Below, piece by piece: positions 25,883-38,439 of a stretch of 58,247 nucleotides of DNA; position 1 is the stretch's first letter; each line of letters opens with the position of its first letter. The translations under genes were made by a program, and so were the position numbers. Where the stretch lies: NCBI GenBank assembly GCA_018398765.1, contig JAHBMJ010000112.1, positions 186,001 to 244,247 on the forward strand, read 5' to 3'. Source of the DNA: Chromera velia. Its lineage: Eukaryota. The notes under the pieces are model-generated. The model did no database searches. It was given only the letters and a program-made list of their open reading frames with translations, and was not told where the DNA came from.

Positions 25883-27154
25883 GGCTTTCATGAACCTCCA
25901 TTTTCTTTCTTGCTTGCTGGCCTCTGTCCTGGCAGGATGGCCGACGGGCTCGCTTGCAGATTGCATTTTTTGCTTTTGCCCCAACTTTTCTTCCTCCGTT
26001 CACCTTTGTTCCCCCTTGCAGCTCTGTTGCCTCTTTTCTCGATCGGTCTGTGTTTGTTTGTGTCCATGCACGTCCATGCATATGCCTGCTCGTCCTAGTG
26101 CTCGTCTCCTATGCTCCACTTGCTCGGATCTGTCTGCCGTGCTTGTTCTGCGTCCACCCTGCAGCCCTACTGACTCTTCTGGCAAGTGTTCGTGCAGTTC
26201 ACAAAAGGGCCTCCAAAGCCGAAAGGAAACGACAACACCAAAGAGAGCACAGTAAATGGCGGAGAGGTGACAACCGCAGAAACCAGTCGGGGTTGTGAGG
26301 GGAGTGCGGCCGAACTAGCCAAGTTGCATGGGGCTGAGAGACAGACGCAGAAAGAGTCAGAGCCTCAAACAGTGGCCTGTTTGTCTCAAACTGCTTTTGC
26401 AACATATCTTCACGATGAGGGCCGGGTCGTTTGGGGTCCTTTGCGCTTTTCGGAGGGAGATGCCGTGAGAGATTCACTGGTTTGAATTTTCATTGCATGA
26501 AGTTGATTATACGGTCTACACCTGCTAGGGCCAAACCAGCAAAATGTCCTAGATAGTGTCCACGCTGGTCTAGACGCTGGTCCAGGAACTAGTCCAGGAA
26601 GCAAGCAAGATTATCAAGAAGATTACTCCTTTTACAGTTTTACTGTTATACCATGCATGCAGCTTTTAATCTGTTAGCCTATCTTCACTAGTATGCAAAT
26701 CATGTTCGATACAGGTTATATTGTCATTATATCATATTTTTATTTAATACAGCTAGTTTATTAATTTAATAGAATTAGTATATGAAGACTCTAGGTTTAA
26801 ATTACCACCGTTGAACCATAATAGTCTAAGTTACCACCGTTCAAGTTACCACCGTTTAATACAATGGTACTGCTGGCAGGCATGTTTAGCGAGTGATTTT
26901 TTTGATTGATTGATTGATATGTTCCGCCCTAGGGCCTTCCTGCTATGTCTATCTGTCGCCAGAGCTAGCAGGGCGGGGCGTTCCCCAACCTAAGCTGAGG
27001 TATCAGACCCTGCCCTCGAGGCCCGCCAGAGTCTGTTGCCCTGGCCGCTGCTGCATGATTGTTCGTTGTTCAAGCCACGGCTCTGGATCCATGTTGGCTT
27101 TCCGGCCTAAAAATCGATCTGAAACGGCAGGGGGGAAGGGGGAAGGGGCGGGGG

Positions 27155-29290
27155 GAAGGAAGGAATCCAAGAGAAGAAAAAAGTAATGGTACATACCATG
27201 TATGTCAATGCCTGGGCAAGAGTTCATAGAGCAGATAGGGAGATACCGGAGGGGGCGGGGGTAAAGCAGGGCGATCCTCTCTCTCCCCTGCTCTTCCTTT
27301 TGTTTATAAATAACCTGCACCACTACGTCAGCTCCTCGGCTAACCGAGGGAACAGGCACGGGGGGGAAGAGTCAGAGAAGGATGGAATAGTGAATGATGA
27401 GAGTCCAATAGAAAGCCGAACATAAGATAACCCTTAGGCAAGTAGATTGAGAGGGGCAAGCAGTGGAAAGGGGAACGAGAAGACCGAAGCGGGGGAGAAG
27501 AGAAAAAGAAGGAAAGATTGGGTTAGTCGGGACGATATGATTGGTTTGGGGTCTCAGCCTCTTGAAAGCATCCGATTCGGTTACGCTGACGATCTTATTC
27601 TGTTTGGTTGTTCTTCGTGTGAGCTTCAATCAAAAATGAATAAATTGGGTGAATACTGTTGGACATGGGGCCTCACGGTCAATTTAAAAAAGATTAAAGT
27701 GATGAGGCTTTCTAACATGCAATGAAGAGAACATTAGGGAGCCGATCTTCTTTAAGGGAAAAGAAGTAGAGAGAACTGATCAGTACAAATATTTAGGCCG
27801 CACTTTCTTTGAAGGCGGTTCAGAGTCTCTCCGTCCCTCTGTGAGACATCGGCTGGAGACGGCAGAGAGGGCGCTGGGGGAGGTCATACGGCTCTGTGTT
27901 TCCCTTGGTCCTCTTTCCCCTGCCTCCAAAATTATGCTTTTTTGGGGCCTATGGATTCCTGTAGCCCTTTACGGGCTCGAAGCGTTTTCCCTCAGTCAAG
28001 CAGAGATAAAGACGCTGGACGATCTGCAATTACGTTTTGTTAGATGAGTTTTTGGCCTCCCCTGCAATTCGTTTCGTATCCTCTCCCTTTTCATCTCTGG
28101 CGCCTTTGCCCGATATGGGCTCTCTTGACAGAAAGAGTTGGGGGATTTTTACGCAGCCTCTCCTCAACATCCCACTGTGTGTCAGCCGGATTTTTAGATC
28201 TTTACAACAATGGCTTTTACAAAGAATGGTGGAGGTCTGTCAAGCTGTTGGTGGGACCTTTTGCTCTTAAATTCTTCTCTAATGCAGGGATGCTCTCGGG
28301 CCTGGATGAGAAAGCAGCAATGAGAAGAAAGCTTGCTGTCGAAGGGAGAGGTAGGGAGGCACAAGAATGGTTGGACGACTGGTTTGTAGCAACCTCCCGT
28401 TCTCTGCAGAAAGAGGGCCGGCAGGGTAGCAGAGGGCAGACAGGATGGGGGGGTGTTTTCCCCAACGGAGTGAGGCCTTTGGTCTTCCAAATTGAATATC
28501 CGTCTAGACAGCGCTTGGCCTGTCTTATCATGTATGGGAGGATGGACCGGCTTAAGCGGGCGGCGAGTTCCTATGGTTCGACCTCTTCCTAGGAAGCTGC
28601 TCTATTCGGAGGCCAATGTTAGGCCGATTGCCCGTGCACTGCTGAAGGGGGGGGGGGGAGTTTCGAACAGGGAGGTAGAGTCTGTCTGCGAGCACTGCCC
28701 CTTTGACATGCATGGACGGGGTGAATTGAATGATATTGTTCACAAGTTGACAGAATGCAAAGAGACGGAAATGGAAAGAGGACGCATGGATAGGCTTTTG
28801 GAGGAAGTAAGAGACGTACGCTCTGAGTCAGAGTTGATTGTGTGGGCACAACAGATGGCAAAGCAACAGTTAGGATGGGTGGTGTACGAGAATGAAAAAA
28901 AAGTAAGAGAGATTTTTATACTCCTTCTCGAGAAACACCCTATTGCCGGCGCACGGGCAATTTCAGATTGCTTTCGTAAATGGTAAAGTCTTAATCCGAT
29001 TACTTCTAGATGGTTGTTTCCTGTTTTTCTCCATTTGAGTGTATAGAGTGGGTTCAGAGCTAGAATGCAACAGAGAGAGAAACGTGAAACGTGCGGGAGG
29101 GGACGTGCTCGAGCTCATGCGGGCGCAGGGAGGCGGGGCACTCGTATCCACACAGCGTAGATACAGCTTTTTTGGGTAGTCTCTCTTGTTGTTTTTTTCT
29201 CATCTTCTTTTTATCTCTTCTCTTTTCTTTCTCTTTCTTTTTCCTATCCAGTTTTTTGTACATAATCTCACTGCCTCAAAAATAAATCGT
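27155..29290 (+). mobile_element. 5'-truncated, decayed non-LTR retrotransposon (LINE): RT C-terminal half and C-terminal zinc finger
   Basis: GVKQGDPLSPLLFLLFIN (~27258), YADDLILF (~27582), GLTVNLKK, YKYLG (~27784), and CEHC..HKLTEC (~28687-28759). Broken by stops and frameshifts. ORF ends 28986; AATAAA at ~29281. Confidence 0.9.
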
Positions 29291-30166
29291 GCCCTACAGA
29301 GTTGATCTTTGGTCTTACCAAAGGAAAGGAAAGACTGATAGGACTACCGTAGGTACCGTACTCCAGTCAGTCTAGTTAGCCCCAGGCCAGGGAAGCAAAG
29401 TCACTGTGCCTGCGTCTCGTCTGATTCTCGTTTGATCTTGTATGTATTCTTTCTTCGCTGCTGACTGTCCACTGTGCTCAGCAGCCGAGCCCTTCCTCAG
29501 GAGTCGGTATCCAAGGAAGTATTTCGTAGGGTTCCTACCCTGTAAACTGCACTCCTTACCATTTCTTAGTCTGACATGGACGCGTTCTTTTGCTTCTCTT
29601 TTTCAGTCTTTCTTTCTGGCTTTGTTTTCCCTCTCGGTCGTTTCCCCTGCCACTGCAAGTCTGTTCCGATGTAGATGAATTTTAACCCTGGTTGCTTGAG
29701 GGTGGAGCTACCCTCTATTTCTATTTCCATTTCTGCCCTAGCTAAGCTTTGATCCATGTAAATGCCCCAGTGGGGCCTAGGTTGAGGGATCGAATCTATG
29801 CAGGAAATACTAGGTTGGCCAAAGCCTATATGGCTCACCGGCTTTAACCTCATACATCATTATTATTATCATAACTAAACAACTATGTGTTTGTTGATCG
29901 GCCAGAATCTTAGTTTTGTCTCATTGCTTCTCTGGCTAGTACAAAGCTATAGTAAATATCTAAGTACTAGTCTAAGTAGATATACAAAGATTCAGTTAAA
30001 AAATGCTAAAATATAGGCTCAAAACACCAATTTTAAGGCCAGCTAACTCAAACACTATAGCTTAAACCTAGCCTGTTATCTAGGTTTCGATCGAGGCGTC
30101 AAACAAATTACATTGAAAAGTTTATATATAAGTTAAATTTAATAGTTAAATTAGCGTATAGAGATG

Positions 30167-30746
30167 TGTAATGTTCTAGAAGCATGCTGCTCCTGTTCTT
30201 TACTTATCGATGCGCACTTCTTTTATCTTTTTCCGTTTGGTAAGGGGCGCATGCCGAGTGAATTGATTTTTAAAGCGTGTAAGTCCCCATCCGGATTCTT
30301 AAATGCTGTGCGTGCCACCACTGGTCGGCTCGCCTCACGCATGATATTCATCTTTCCATGCGCTTCTCTCTTTGACTGATCCCGGCTCGTCTCTCCTGTC
30401 AGTGATTGCACGTTGAGTGACGCACGCTGAGTCCCGATTGTTTACGCAAGTGATTGTCATCCTTGGAACTCTTTCACTTCTCGTTTGAAGCTTTCCGGGG
30501 TTCCCGCACGCAGGAATTCCATCAGGCATCTCCTCTTGCATCTATTTTGACTCACAAAATTTCTCATTGTTTCATCTTGATGGATTGCTAGAATTGAACG
30601 TTTCTCCTCTAGGAGTGGCTCTCTGCTTGCCATTCTGAAACGACTTTCTCTGGAATAAGGACCTACGGATCGATTTCTTCATGAGTCTTTATTTCTGTCA
30701 TCGTGTGTAGCTAGATATTCGTTCTTGTAGTCTAGCACACATCTCG
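30167..30746 (+). repeat. 5' LTR of Copia element 1 (580 bp)
   Basis: Roughly 95% identical by eye to 37013-37616. Followed by TAGTGCCGGTTCCC, a possible PBS with TGG>TAG. Confidence 0.95.
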
Positions 30747-30854
30747 TAGTGCCGGTTCCCGCTTTCTTCCTCTGATTCTTTGAGAAAGCATTCTTTTCTT
30801 TCCCGGGTTGAACGGCTTTCTTCTTGTCCGTTTGCCTTCTCCTTAGCTTCTACA

Positions 30855-33800
30855 ATGGAGCAAACTCTAGTGATTAAACGATCTCTGTCCAGTCCTCCCG
30901 CATCTGGCTCTGAGCCCGCTTCTGCTTTATCTCCTCCTGATGTAGCAGATCACGCTCCGCCAGCGGTTGGAGTCGAGAAGCACATCGAAGTGTCTCCACC
31001 TGATGTCTCTGGTGCCTCTAGTCAGGCTGGGCAGGGTGATCCACCTTCTCCTGTGCCTCCGGTGTCCGACTCTCCACACCCGGTGGCTGAGGCGTCCTCA
31101 GGTAATGGTCCCCCTGCACCTCTTCCCGCTCCTTCGTACCCCCACTCGGCTCTGCCGACGGGGCACCAGGCCGCCTACTACCCCATTGGAACTCCTGGTC
31201 CAGGTTTTCCTGGATTTGCTCCTCCACAGGTGACTCCTGTCCCTCCTGCCTCAGGCTTTTTCCCTTCTGCAGGCCCGTACGCGACTCCTGTGCCACAGTC
31301 TATACACCATTATTGGCCTCTCTAGCAGAATGTTCCGTCTCCCTCTCCTTCTGTGCCGCCTGTGCAGCAGCAGCCACCCTGGTAGCCTTTCCTCGTTCCT
31401 TCCTTTGGTCACTCTGTTCAAGTTGTGACCCGCCGGAGTGAGTTGGTGAAAAAGGCGATTGACCAGTTGGCGATTTTTTTGGGCACCCCCCAGGAAGACA
31501 TGGAACTGTAGAAAGAGAGCTTCCACGAGGTACTACTAGTGGATGAAGTCCGCTTATTGGATAGTCCCTATGCACTCGGTCCCCAAGACCTATCTGGTAT
31601 CATCCGTCAGAAGGTCTCTTCAGGGGTGCGAGAGGTCCTCCGTTCTCACACTGTGCAGGCCGACCAGATCTATGACCCTTCGTGGCTGCTTGACACCCTC
31701 GACAGCCTCTACTTCGGTCCGTACGAGTCCCATGTCCGGAAACACTGGCGTGCTGTCAAGGCACTTTGTCCTCTCGCCAATGAGTCCATCGACACCTACT
31801 TTGCCCGAGCAGCAAAAGTCTTTGGCCGTCTCCGTCGACTCGTTCCAGCGATGGCGTTTGGGTCTGAGCCCTTTGTCCCCTTCGAGTACAGCATCCTCCT
31901 GCAGTCACTTCCCACTGAAGGAGGCGCTCATCGCTATGTCCTCGCACACCTGCAGGATTATACTCCTATGGGCCTTCGTGACTGTCTGCGCCGCTACAAA
32001 CAACAGCTCGGAACGCCGACTCCCTCTGTCACAATCTCTAGCACGATTTGGTTCTCAAGTGCACCTCCCTCCAGGTCATCTTCTACTTCCGAGCCCAACC
32101 ACCCCAAATGTATCTACTGCAGGGTCACTCACCTATGGAGGAAGCATGTGAAGTGCATCGCTTGCGGTGCCTCACCTCATGCTGATCGCTCTACTTGCCC
32201 AGCAATCGCTCACGTTTGCGGTTGTGGCAAGCAGGGGCACCTTGATGCCATGCGTCCCTCCAAGCTCCGTGCCTCCAAGAAGGCCGCCAACGTTCACTGC
32301 GCGACCGTCTCTTTTGCCTTTGCTGCCGTCACCTCCCCCAATTTGGTCCACGGCCCTCATTTCGGCATGGACGACGGGGCAACTGTCAAGGCCGTCGGTG
32401 AGCTCTACCTTGAAAAGGTCTCCGCCTCCATTAATTACTTACACCGTGAAGGTACTCGACACCCCAGTCCCTGTGCGGACTGCTGGTTGCAACAACTCCT
32501 CTGAGGCTTCCGGGGCCGTCGTCTACGCCACCCATTCTGTCACGCTTGATGACGTTATCTTCGGCGACCACCTTGAGTCCATTACCTTCCTTATCCTTCC
32601 ATAGTCTTCGATCCCTTTCCTCTTCTCGAAAGCCCTTGCCCAGCGGCTCTCTGTGAAGATAGATTACAAAGATAATGTTATGGTGATCCCATCGCCCTCT
32701 GGGCCTGATGTCACCTTGACATGGATCGACCTCGGGGAGTATTACGGCCTCCCTCTCGTCGGACTCCAAGATGACGATTCCCTACCTTCGTTGGTAGGCT
32801 CAGATGAGTCCGACGACGAGCGTCCCCCCCTGGAGGATAATTCCAATGAATCGGAGGACGAGATCGATAACTCTGCCCCCTTCTGTCCTCTTCCTTTTGC
32901 CATGTACACAACCACCTCTCCCACCACCACCCTTGCTCTACACTCGCCTTCAGAGGGCAGTGCGGGTATCGGGGTTCCTGTGTCTACAGGAGAGGCACCT
33001 GAGGGAGTGTGTGTTTGTGTGTCTTGGGAAGAGACACCTGAGAGCGTATGCATGTCTGTGTCTCCGGAGGAGACGTCTGTCCCCTCTGGAGAGGGAGTTG
33101 AGGGATTGAAGGAGCCAGCGCGTCCAGGTGGGATCGCAGGTGGGGCGTCCACTACAGTGCAGGATTCTGTGAAAGCAACTACTAACGGTGATGTCCCTTC
33201 TCTTTCTGTTTCTTTTTCTGACAACCGCGATTCTCCCCCCTCTGAATCTCTCTCTGTCGATGAATCTGAACCTTCTCTCTCTGAGTTTGAATTTTCTCAA
33301 CTCACGTTTACGATTCAACTCAAACAGACAGGCACAGTCAAGATTTTTACTGCTTCTGATTTTTGGGATTTGGTTTGCAGGGTTCATTGCGAGTGTGCGC
33401 ATACGGGCGTGAAGGAAATGATGGATCCACTCCTCTTTCATTTCTCTTTCAAACTCCCGCTCACTACCATTCGAACGTGTGTCGCTCATGTTCTTTCTTC
33501 TTGCCCTGAGTGTCCACAGGTGAAGGGCCCGGTTGGTTTCTCCATCCCCGGTGTCTCTTTCACCAAAGGGGCATAGGTGGGGGTGAGGCTGCATCTCGAC
33601 AGCCTGTATTTGGGGGCATCTGACTGCGGTCCGACTCATCAACTCACGGTGCTGGAGGATTTCCTCCCTTATGGCCTTGCCCCTCGCTTTACTGCTCACC
33701 CCAACAGCCACAAGACTGTCGCTTTCCTTGAAAACATATGGTTCCCTCGTTTTGGGGTCCCAGAGGAGATCCGATGCGACCAGGGGTCTGAGTTTGCAAA

Positions 33801-36800
33801 CACCCCCCTCATTGAGCTCTCCAAGCATCGGGGCTTCCGTCTCTCATTCGCGCTCTCTAGCTACAAGGACGGCAACTCCTTATCCGAACGATGGCAGAGA
33901 GAGGTGCTTGCCTCCGTCCGCTCTCTCCTCCTCGAGCGTCAGCTCCCCGGCAACTCATGGCCTGAGATCCACGATGAGGCAATTCGACGTTTGAATAACC
34001 GAATGTCAGTGCAGGGGGGGGGTTCTCATCATACAGCCGCTGCCCTCCCTGGTTTGCTGTCTTGTGTTCACCATTCTTTCCCCTCTGCCCACCCTCCCCG
34101 CCCGTCTGTTTTGTGGACTTATTGTGTGAAAGACATTGTTATGTACAACCGGGGCACCTCTGGAGGGGGGGGTCGATCAGGTCAAGGTCACAAGTGTCAC
34201 TTGAAGTGTGGCCCCGTTTGGGCCCCCTATCGCGTTGTCTCCATTGAGAATGAACACTTCTACAAAATTATAGCTACTGATGAGTCCTTCTGCCCCCAAC
34301 GGACCACCGCATCGCCTCACCAGCTCCGTCCAGCCGTCCGCCCTGTCCCATCTGGCATCGTGCGCAAACAACCCAATCCCTAAGGTGCTACTCTGGCCCA
34401 ACGCGCAGGGTAGAGAGATTGCGCCTCGCTTCCTTCCTCCGCTGATGCTACTCTGACTCTGCTTTAGGAACAGGAGGCAGCAGCCTTTGTCCTCTTCTTT
34501 GGTCCCGACCCAATGACTGAGTCCCCCCCCGACACCGTGATGTTCCCTGTGCCGCCGATCCCTGCCCCTTTGCCTCCTGCTGACTTGCCTGCTGTCCATG
34601 CAACGGACCCGCCTCTATCCTCGCAGCCCATTCAGCAGCCGATCCCCGAGTCTGCCCCGCCGGCAACTCCCCCTCTCGCCTCTCCTTTCCCCGTCATGCC
34701 TGCCCCGCTGCAGCCAGGCACGATGGTGATTGGTCGATCCCCTGAGCATTCACTCCTGTGGGTAGGAGAAATCCTCGGTGTCCTGCCGAGTGATGGAGCA
34801 GCAGAGGGTGATGTCCGGAATGAGGTCCATGCGTAGGGTTCCCACCAGCGATATGCTCTGTCCTACAGGCAGTGGGCACCGGGCTACTATTCCTCGGGAG
34901 GGGGGTATGTCTCGTACGATAAGCACGCTTCCAAACATGCGGCAGAGATTGTTGAACTGTCGCATGGTCAGATCGTAGCAGCAGGCTTCGAGATGGAGCG
35001 TTCGCAGGGCAATCGCGGGTCTCGTCTTCCCCCTTCTCTCTGCTGTCATTTTGCCTCTGGCTCGGATGGGTATCATTTCTATGAGTATCCAAGTGCTCGT
35101 TTGTCTAATCCTTCTCTCGTATCTGCTGTCGCTTTTTTTGCTTCTATTGATCTGTCGGTGCGTGCTGCAACTACGCACCGACCAGTGAGTTTGAAACATC
35201 TGTGTCCTACTTCCTGTCAGCTTGTCTGTTTTGCAGACCAGAAGGAGGATTAGGGATGGATCGATCGAGAGGTCTACATCAGGACTCCGATCTCTGAAGT
35301 CCCGAGGAACGTTCCTTGCGTCCCTCTCCTCCGTGTATGCACCGAAAAGCTTCAGAACGACGGCATGCGCAAGTTTAAGACGTGCACCATCATCAACAAC
35401 AAGCAGGTCCCTCGGGAGGGTTTGAGCGTCGCCACCTGACTCTGCCCCCTCGAAGCTGTGCGCATTGTCCTGCAGATTGCGTTGAACGCTAAGCCTTGCA
35501 AGCGTCGAGGCGTCGACCTTTCCCTTCAGAAGGCCGATATCGTGCAGACGTACCTACAAGCCCCGTTGCCTCCTGATCGCCCCCCCCTCGCTGCCATCCC
35601 CCCTTCCGACCACCCAGACCATGGGCAGTTTCTCTGGGTCCTCCGCAAAGCCGTCTACGGCTTGCCTGACGCAGGCAAGGTCTTCGAGGATTTTCTTACC
35701 TCCGTCTTCCGCTCCCTTGGATGGGAGCCAATGCTCTTTCCGGGCGTATGGGTGTTGCGTCGTGCCGATGGTGAGCTTCGTGCTCTTTTGGCCACCTACT
35801 GTGATGACCCGCTCATTCTGGGCATCGGGGAGGATGCGGCAGCTACCATTGACCCCCTCAAGGACATCATGACGTGCGGCGATTACACCGATCTCTCGGA
35901 AGGTTGTTTTATTGCTGTACAGTTCGATCTCTCCACCACCGGCGTGTTCTGCCACCAACATGACTACGTCGCCTCCCTTGCCCTCCCTCCTGATATGGCC
36001 GGCTCTGACCGATGTGCAGACAAGCTTCTCCCTATCGGGTCTATGCATAAGGACGACACCTCTCCTCTGCTGTCTGCCGCAGGTGTGAAGGTCTTCCGAA
36101 CCCTGCTCGGGCAGGTAGGCTATGTGGCGACTCGGAGCTGCACACAGCCAGATGTTGCTCTTGCGCACTCCTACCTGTCACGTTTTCTGGCGTCCCCGAC
36201 CGAGAGGGCTCTTCGTCTTCTCCTCCAAACGGTGCGCTACCTCCGTTCGCACCCATCTCTTGGGATCCACGTCCGTCCTTCCTCCGACCCGACCAAGCTG
36301 ACTGCCATCGAGCATGGGGACTCATCGTTTGGCAACGCCGCCTCTCTACATCTTCAAATGGGCTGGGTTGTTTTTATCAACAACTCACCTCTCATTTGGA
36401 AAAGCAGAAGGCAGTCCCGCATATCAAAATCAACTACAAGAGCAGAGGTGCTCACCTTGGAGGAAGGCATCGACGCCGCACTGCATTTTGCGAACTGTGC
36501 CGCCCCTTTCTACTCCAACATCCGTGTCGGAATTGGCTATGATGCAGTAAACGTTTTATCTCTGCTGTTGTCTGGCACCTCTTCTTCTGCCGAGCGTGCC
36601 CTCCTCCCCATTATCCGGGAGATACAGGACAAGGCTTGTGTCGTTCCCCTTCAGGCCGCCACTGACTTGGTCGAGCAACACAGGATTAGCATCTTCAAAA
36701 TCCCCACCGAATCCAACATCTCTGACCTCCTCACAAAGGCGCTCGACCTTGGTGCTCTGACTCGTCTTATGAGTCCCTCTCCCTCTCTTTCTCCGGTGTT

Positions 36801-36999
36801 TGGGAGCGAGATTGTGTTTTTTCTTCCTCCTCTTGCTCTGCGTGACCACCCGACGATGGAGAGGGAAAGAATTAAGGGGGGATGGGGAGGAGCTGACCGC
36901 ATGAGAGCATTTTGTTTGTTTTTCATGGTTTCTTTTATGTTTTCTATCACGTTTCGTTTCTTCTGTCTCGTTTCCCAGTTTTGTCAGCTACCGCTGTAG
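30855..36999 (+). pseudogene. gag-pol polyprotein pseudogene of Copia element 1
   Basis: Zinc-knuckle-like CGCGKQGH; protease MDDGAT; integrase H..H-TG..CPEC, LHLD, IRCDQGSEF, GNSLSER; RT KADIVQTYLQAPL, LRKAVYGLPDAG, YCDD; RNase H GDSSF, WKSRRQ..STTRAE, ISDLLTKAL. Eleven in-frame stops and one frameshift near 32430. Confidence 0.92.
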
Positions 37000-37012
37000 A
37001 AAGAAGAAGCCA

Positions 37013-37616
37013 CGTAATGTTCCAGAAGCATGCTGCTCCTGTTCTTTACTTGTCAATGCGCACTTCTTTTATCTTTTTCCGTTTGGTAAGGGGCGCATGC
37101 CGAGCGAATTGATTTTTAAAACGTGTAAGTCCCTAGGTAAGTCCCCATCCAGATCCTTAAATGCTGTGCGTGCCACCACTGGTCGGCTCGCCTCACGCAT
37201 GATATTCATCTTTCCATACGCTTCTCTCTTTGACTGATCCCAGCTCGTCTCTCCTGTCAGTGATTGCACGTTGAGTGATGCACGCTGAGTCCCGATTGTT
37301 TACGCAAGTGATTGCCATCCTTGGAACTCTTTCACTTCTTGTTTGGGGCTTTCCGGGGTTCCCGCATGCAGGAATTCCATCAAGCGTCTCCTCTTGCATC
37401 TATTTTGACTCACAAAATTTCTTATTGTTTCATCTTGATCGATTGCTGGAATTGAACGTTTCTCCTCTGGGAGTGGCTCTCTGCTTGCCATTTTGAAACG
37501 ACTTTCTCTGGAATAAGGACCTACGGATCGATTTTTTCGTGAGTCTTTATTTCTGTCATTGTGTGTAGCTAGATTGATTGATTGATAGTCGTTCTTATAG
37601 TCTAGCACACATCTCA
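37013..37616 (+). repeat. 3' LTR of Copia element 1 (604 bp)
   Basis: Matches the 5' LTR, plus a 12-bp tandem duplication (~37125-37145) and a (GATT)n expansion (~37572-37586). Confidence 0.95.
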
Positions 37617-38439
37617 AGATGTATGTATAACTTAATTATATTCATTTTAAACTTAAACATTTGAAAAAGAAGTGCATGTTAATAAAAAGAAAAGGATGCT
37701 AGAAAAGATGTTCCCCCAAACGCTAGGGTCATGTGTTCTAGCATGCATTGCATGATAACATACAGACTATGCAACCAATCATTACAGTGACAGTACTTAT
37801 GATGAAGATAATGACGACTACAGGATGGTGCAATAAAAAATCTAGGAAAAAATAACTTTAAAGATTACTCTCTAAAGATTACCATTTCAGGGGATCTCGC
37901 GCTTAGCTTTATCTTTAAAGTTGAGTGATTGACGATCTCTTGCATGAATATAGGCTGCTGGGAGCATGGCTCCACTCTAGCAAAGCCAACTTCATTCATT
38001 CATTCATTCATTCATTCATCCAACAAAATCCAAGAAAGTTATTAACTCTATTTTAAAATATGAGTAAAATTTCACTATATTAAATTTTGAAAGATGCAGT
38101 TAGATCAAGCTTAGGCTGTTTAGTAGCTTGAAAGCTTATCAACCAACTTTAAACCGCCAATCCTACATGTAGTCTTCTTTTAAAGGGGCATAAAAAACTA
38201 GATAAAAAAAATATTTACCGATCGTATAGGTCACAACCCCCNNNNNNNNNNNNNNNNNNNNNNNNCCCCCCCCCCCCTTAGCCCTTCCCCCCCTTCCAGC
38301 AAATGCTAGCTGTTCATGAAAGTCTGACCTCGAAAACCTTTAAGGTGTGTAGTTGATGCATTGATCGACATCTAAGTCCAAACGCCGGTCAAAATTCTCA
38401 CAAAGACTCACAAAGCTGCGATCATGAATCCGTTGGATC

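Larger units (their letters stand above)
30167..37616 (+). mobile_element. Full-length decayed Ty1/Copia-order LTR retrotransposon (7450 bp)
   Basis: Paired LTRs with outer termini TG..CA and TSD AGATG (30162-30166, 37617-37621). Polypurine tract AGAAAGAAGAAG just before the 3' LTR. Domain order Gag-PR-IN-RT-RNaseH. Confidence 0.95.

Noticed and set aside
32420..32504. Programmed gag-pol ribosomal frameshift in Copia 1
   Set aside because: The shift falls inside the protease domain with no recognisable slippery site; a decay indel is more likely
31323..35439. TAG reassigned to an amino acid (variant genetic code) to explain the in-frame TAGs
   Set aside because: The stops appear to replace both Gln and conserved Trp, TGA and TAA stops and frameshifts also occur, LTR pairs show the same transitions, and both inferred host genes end in TAG
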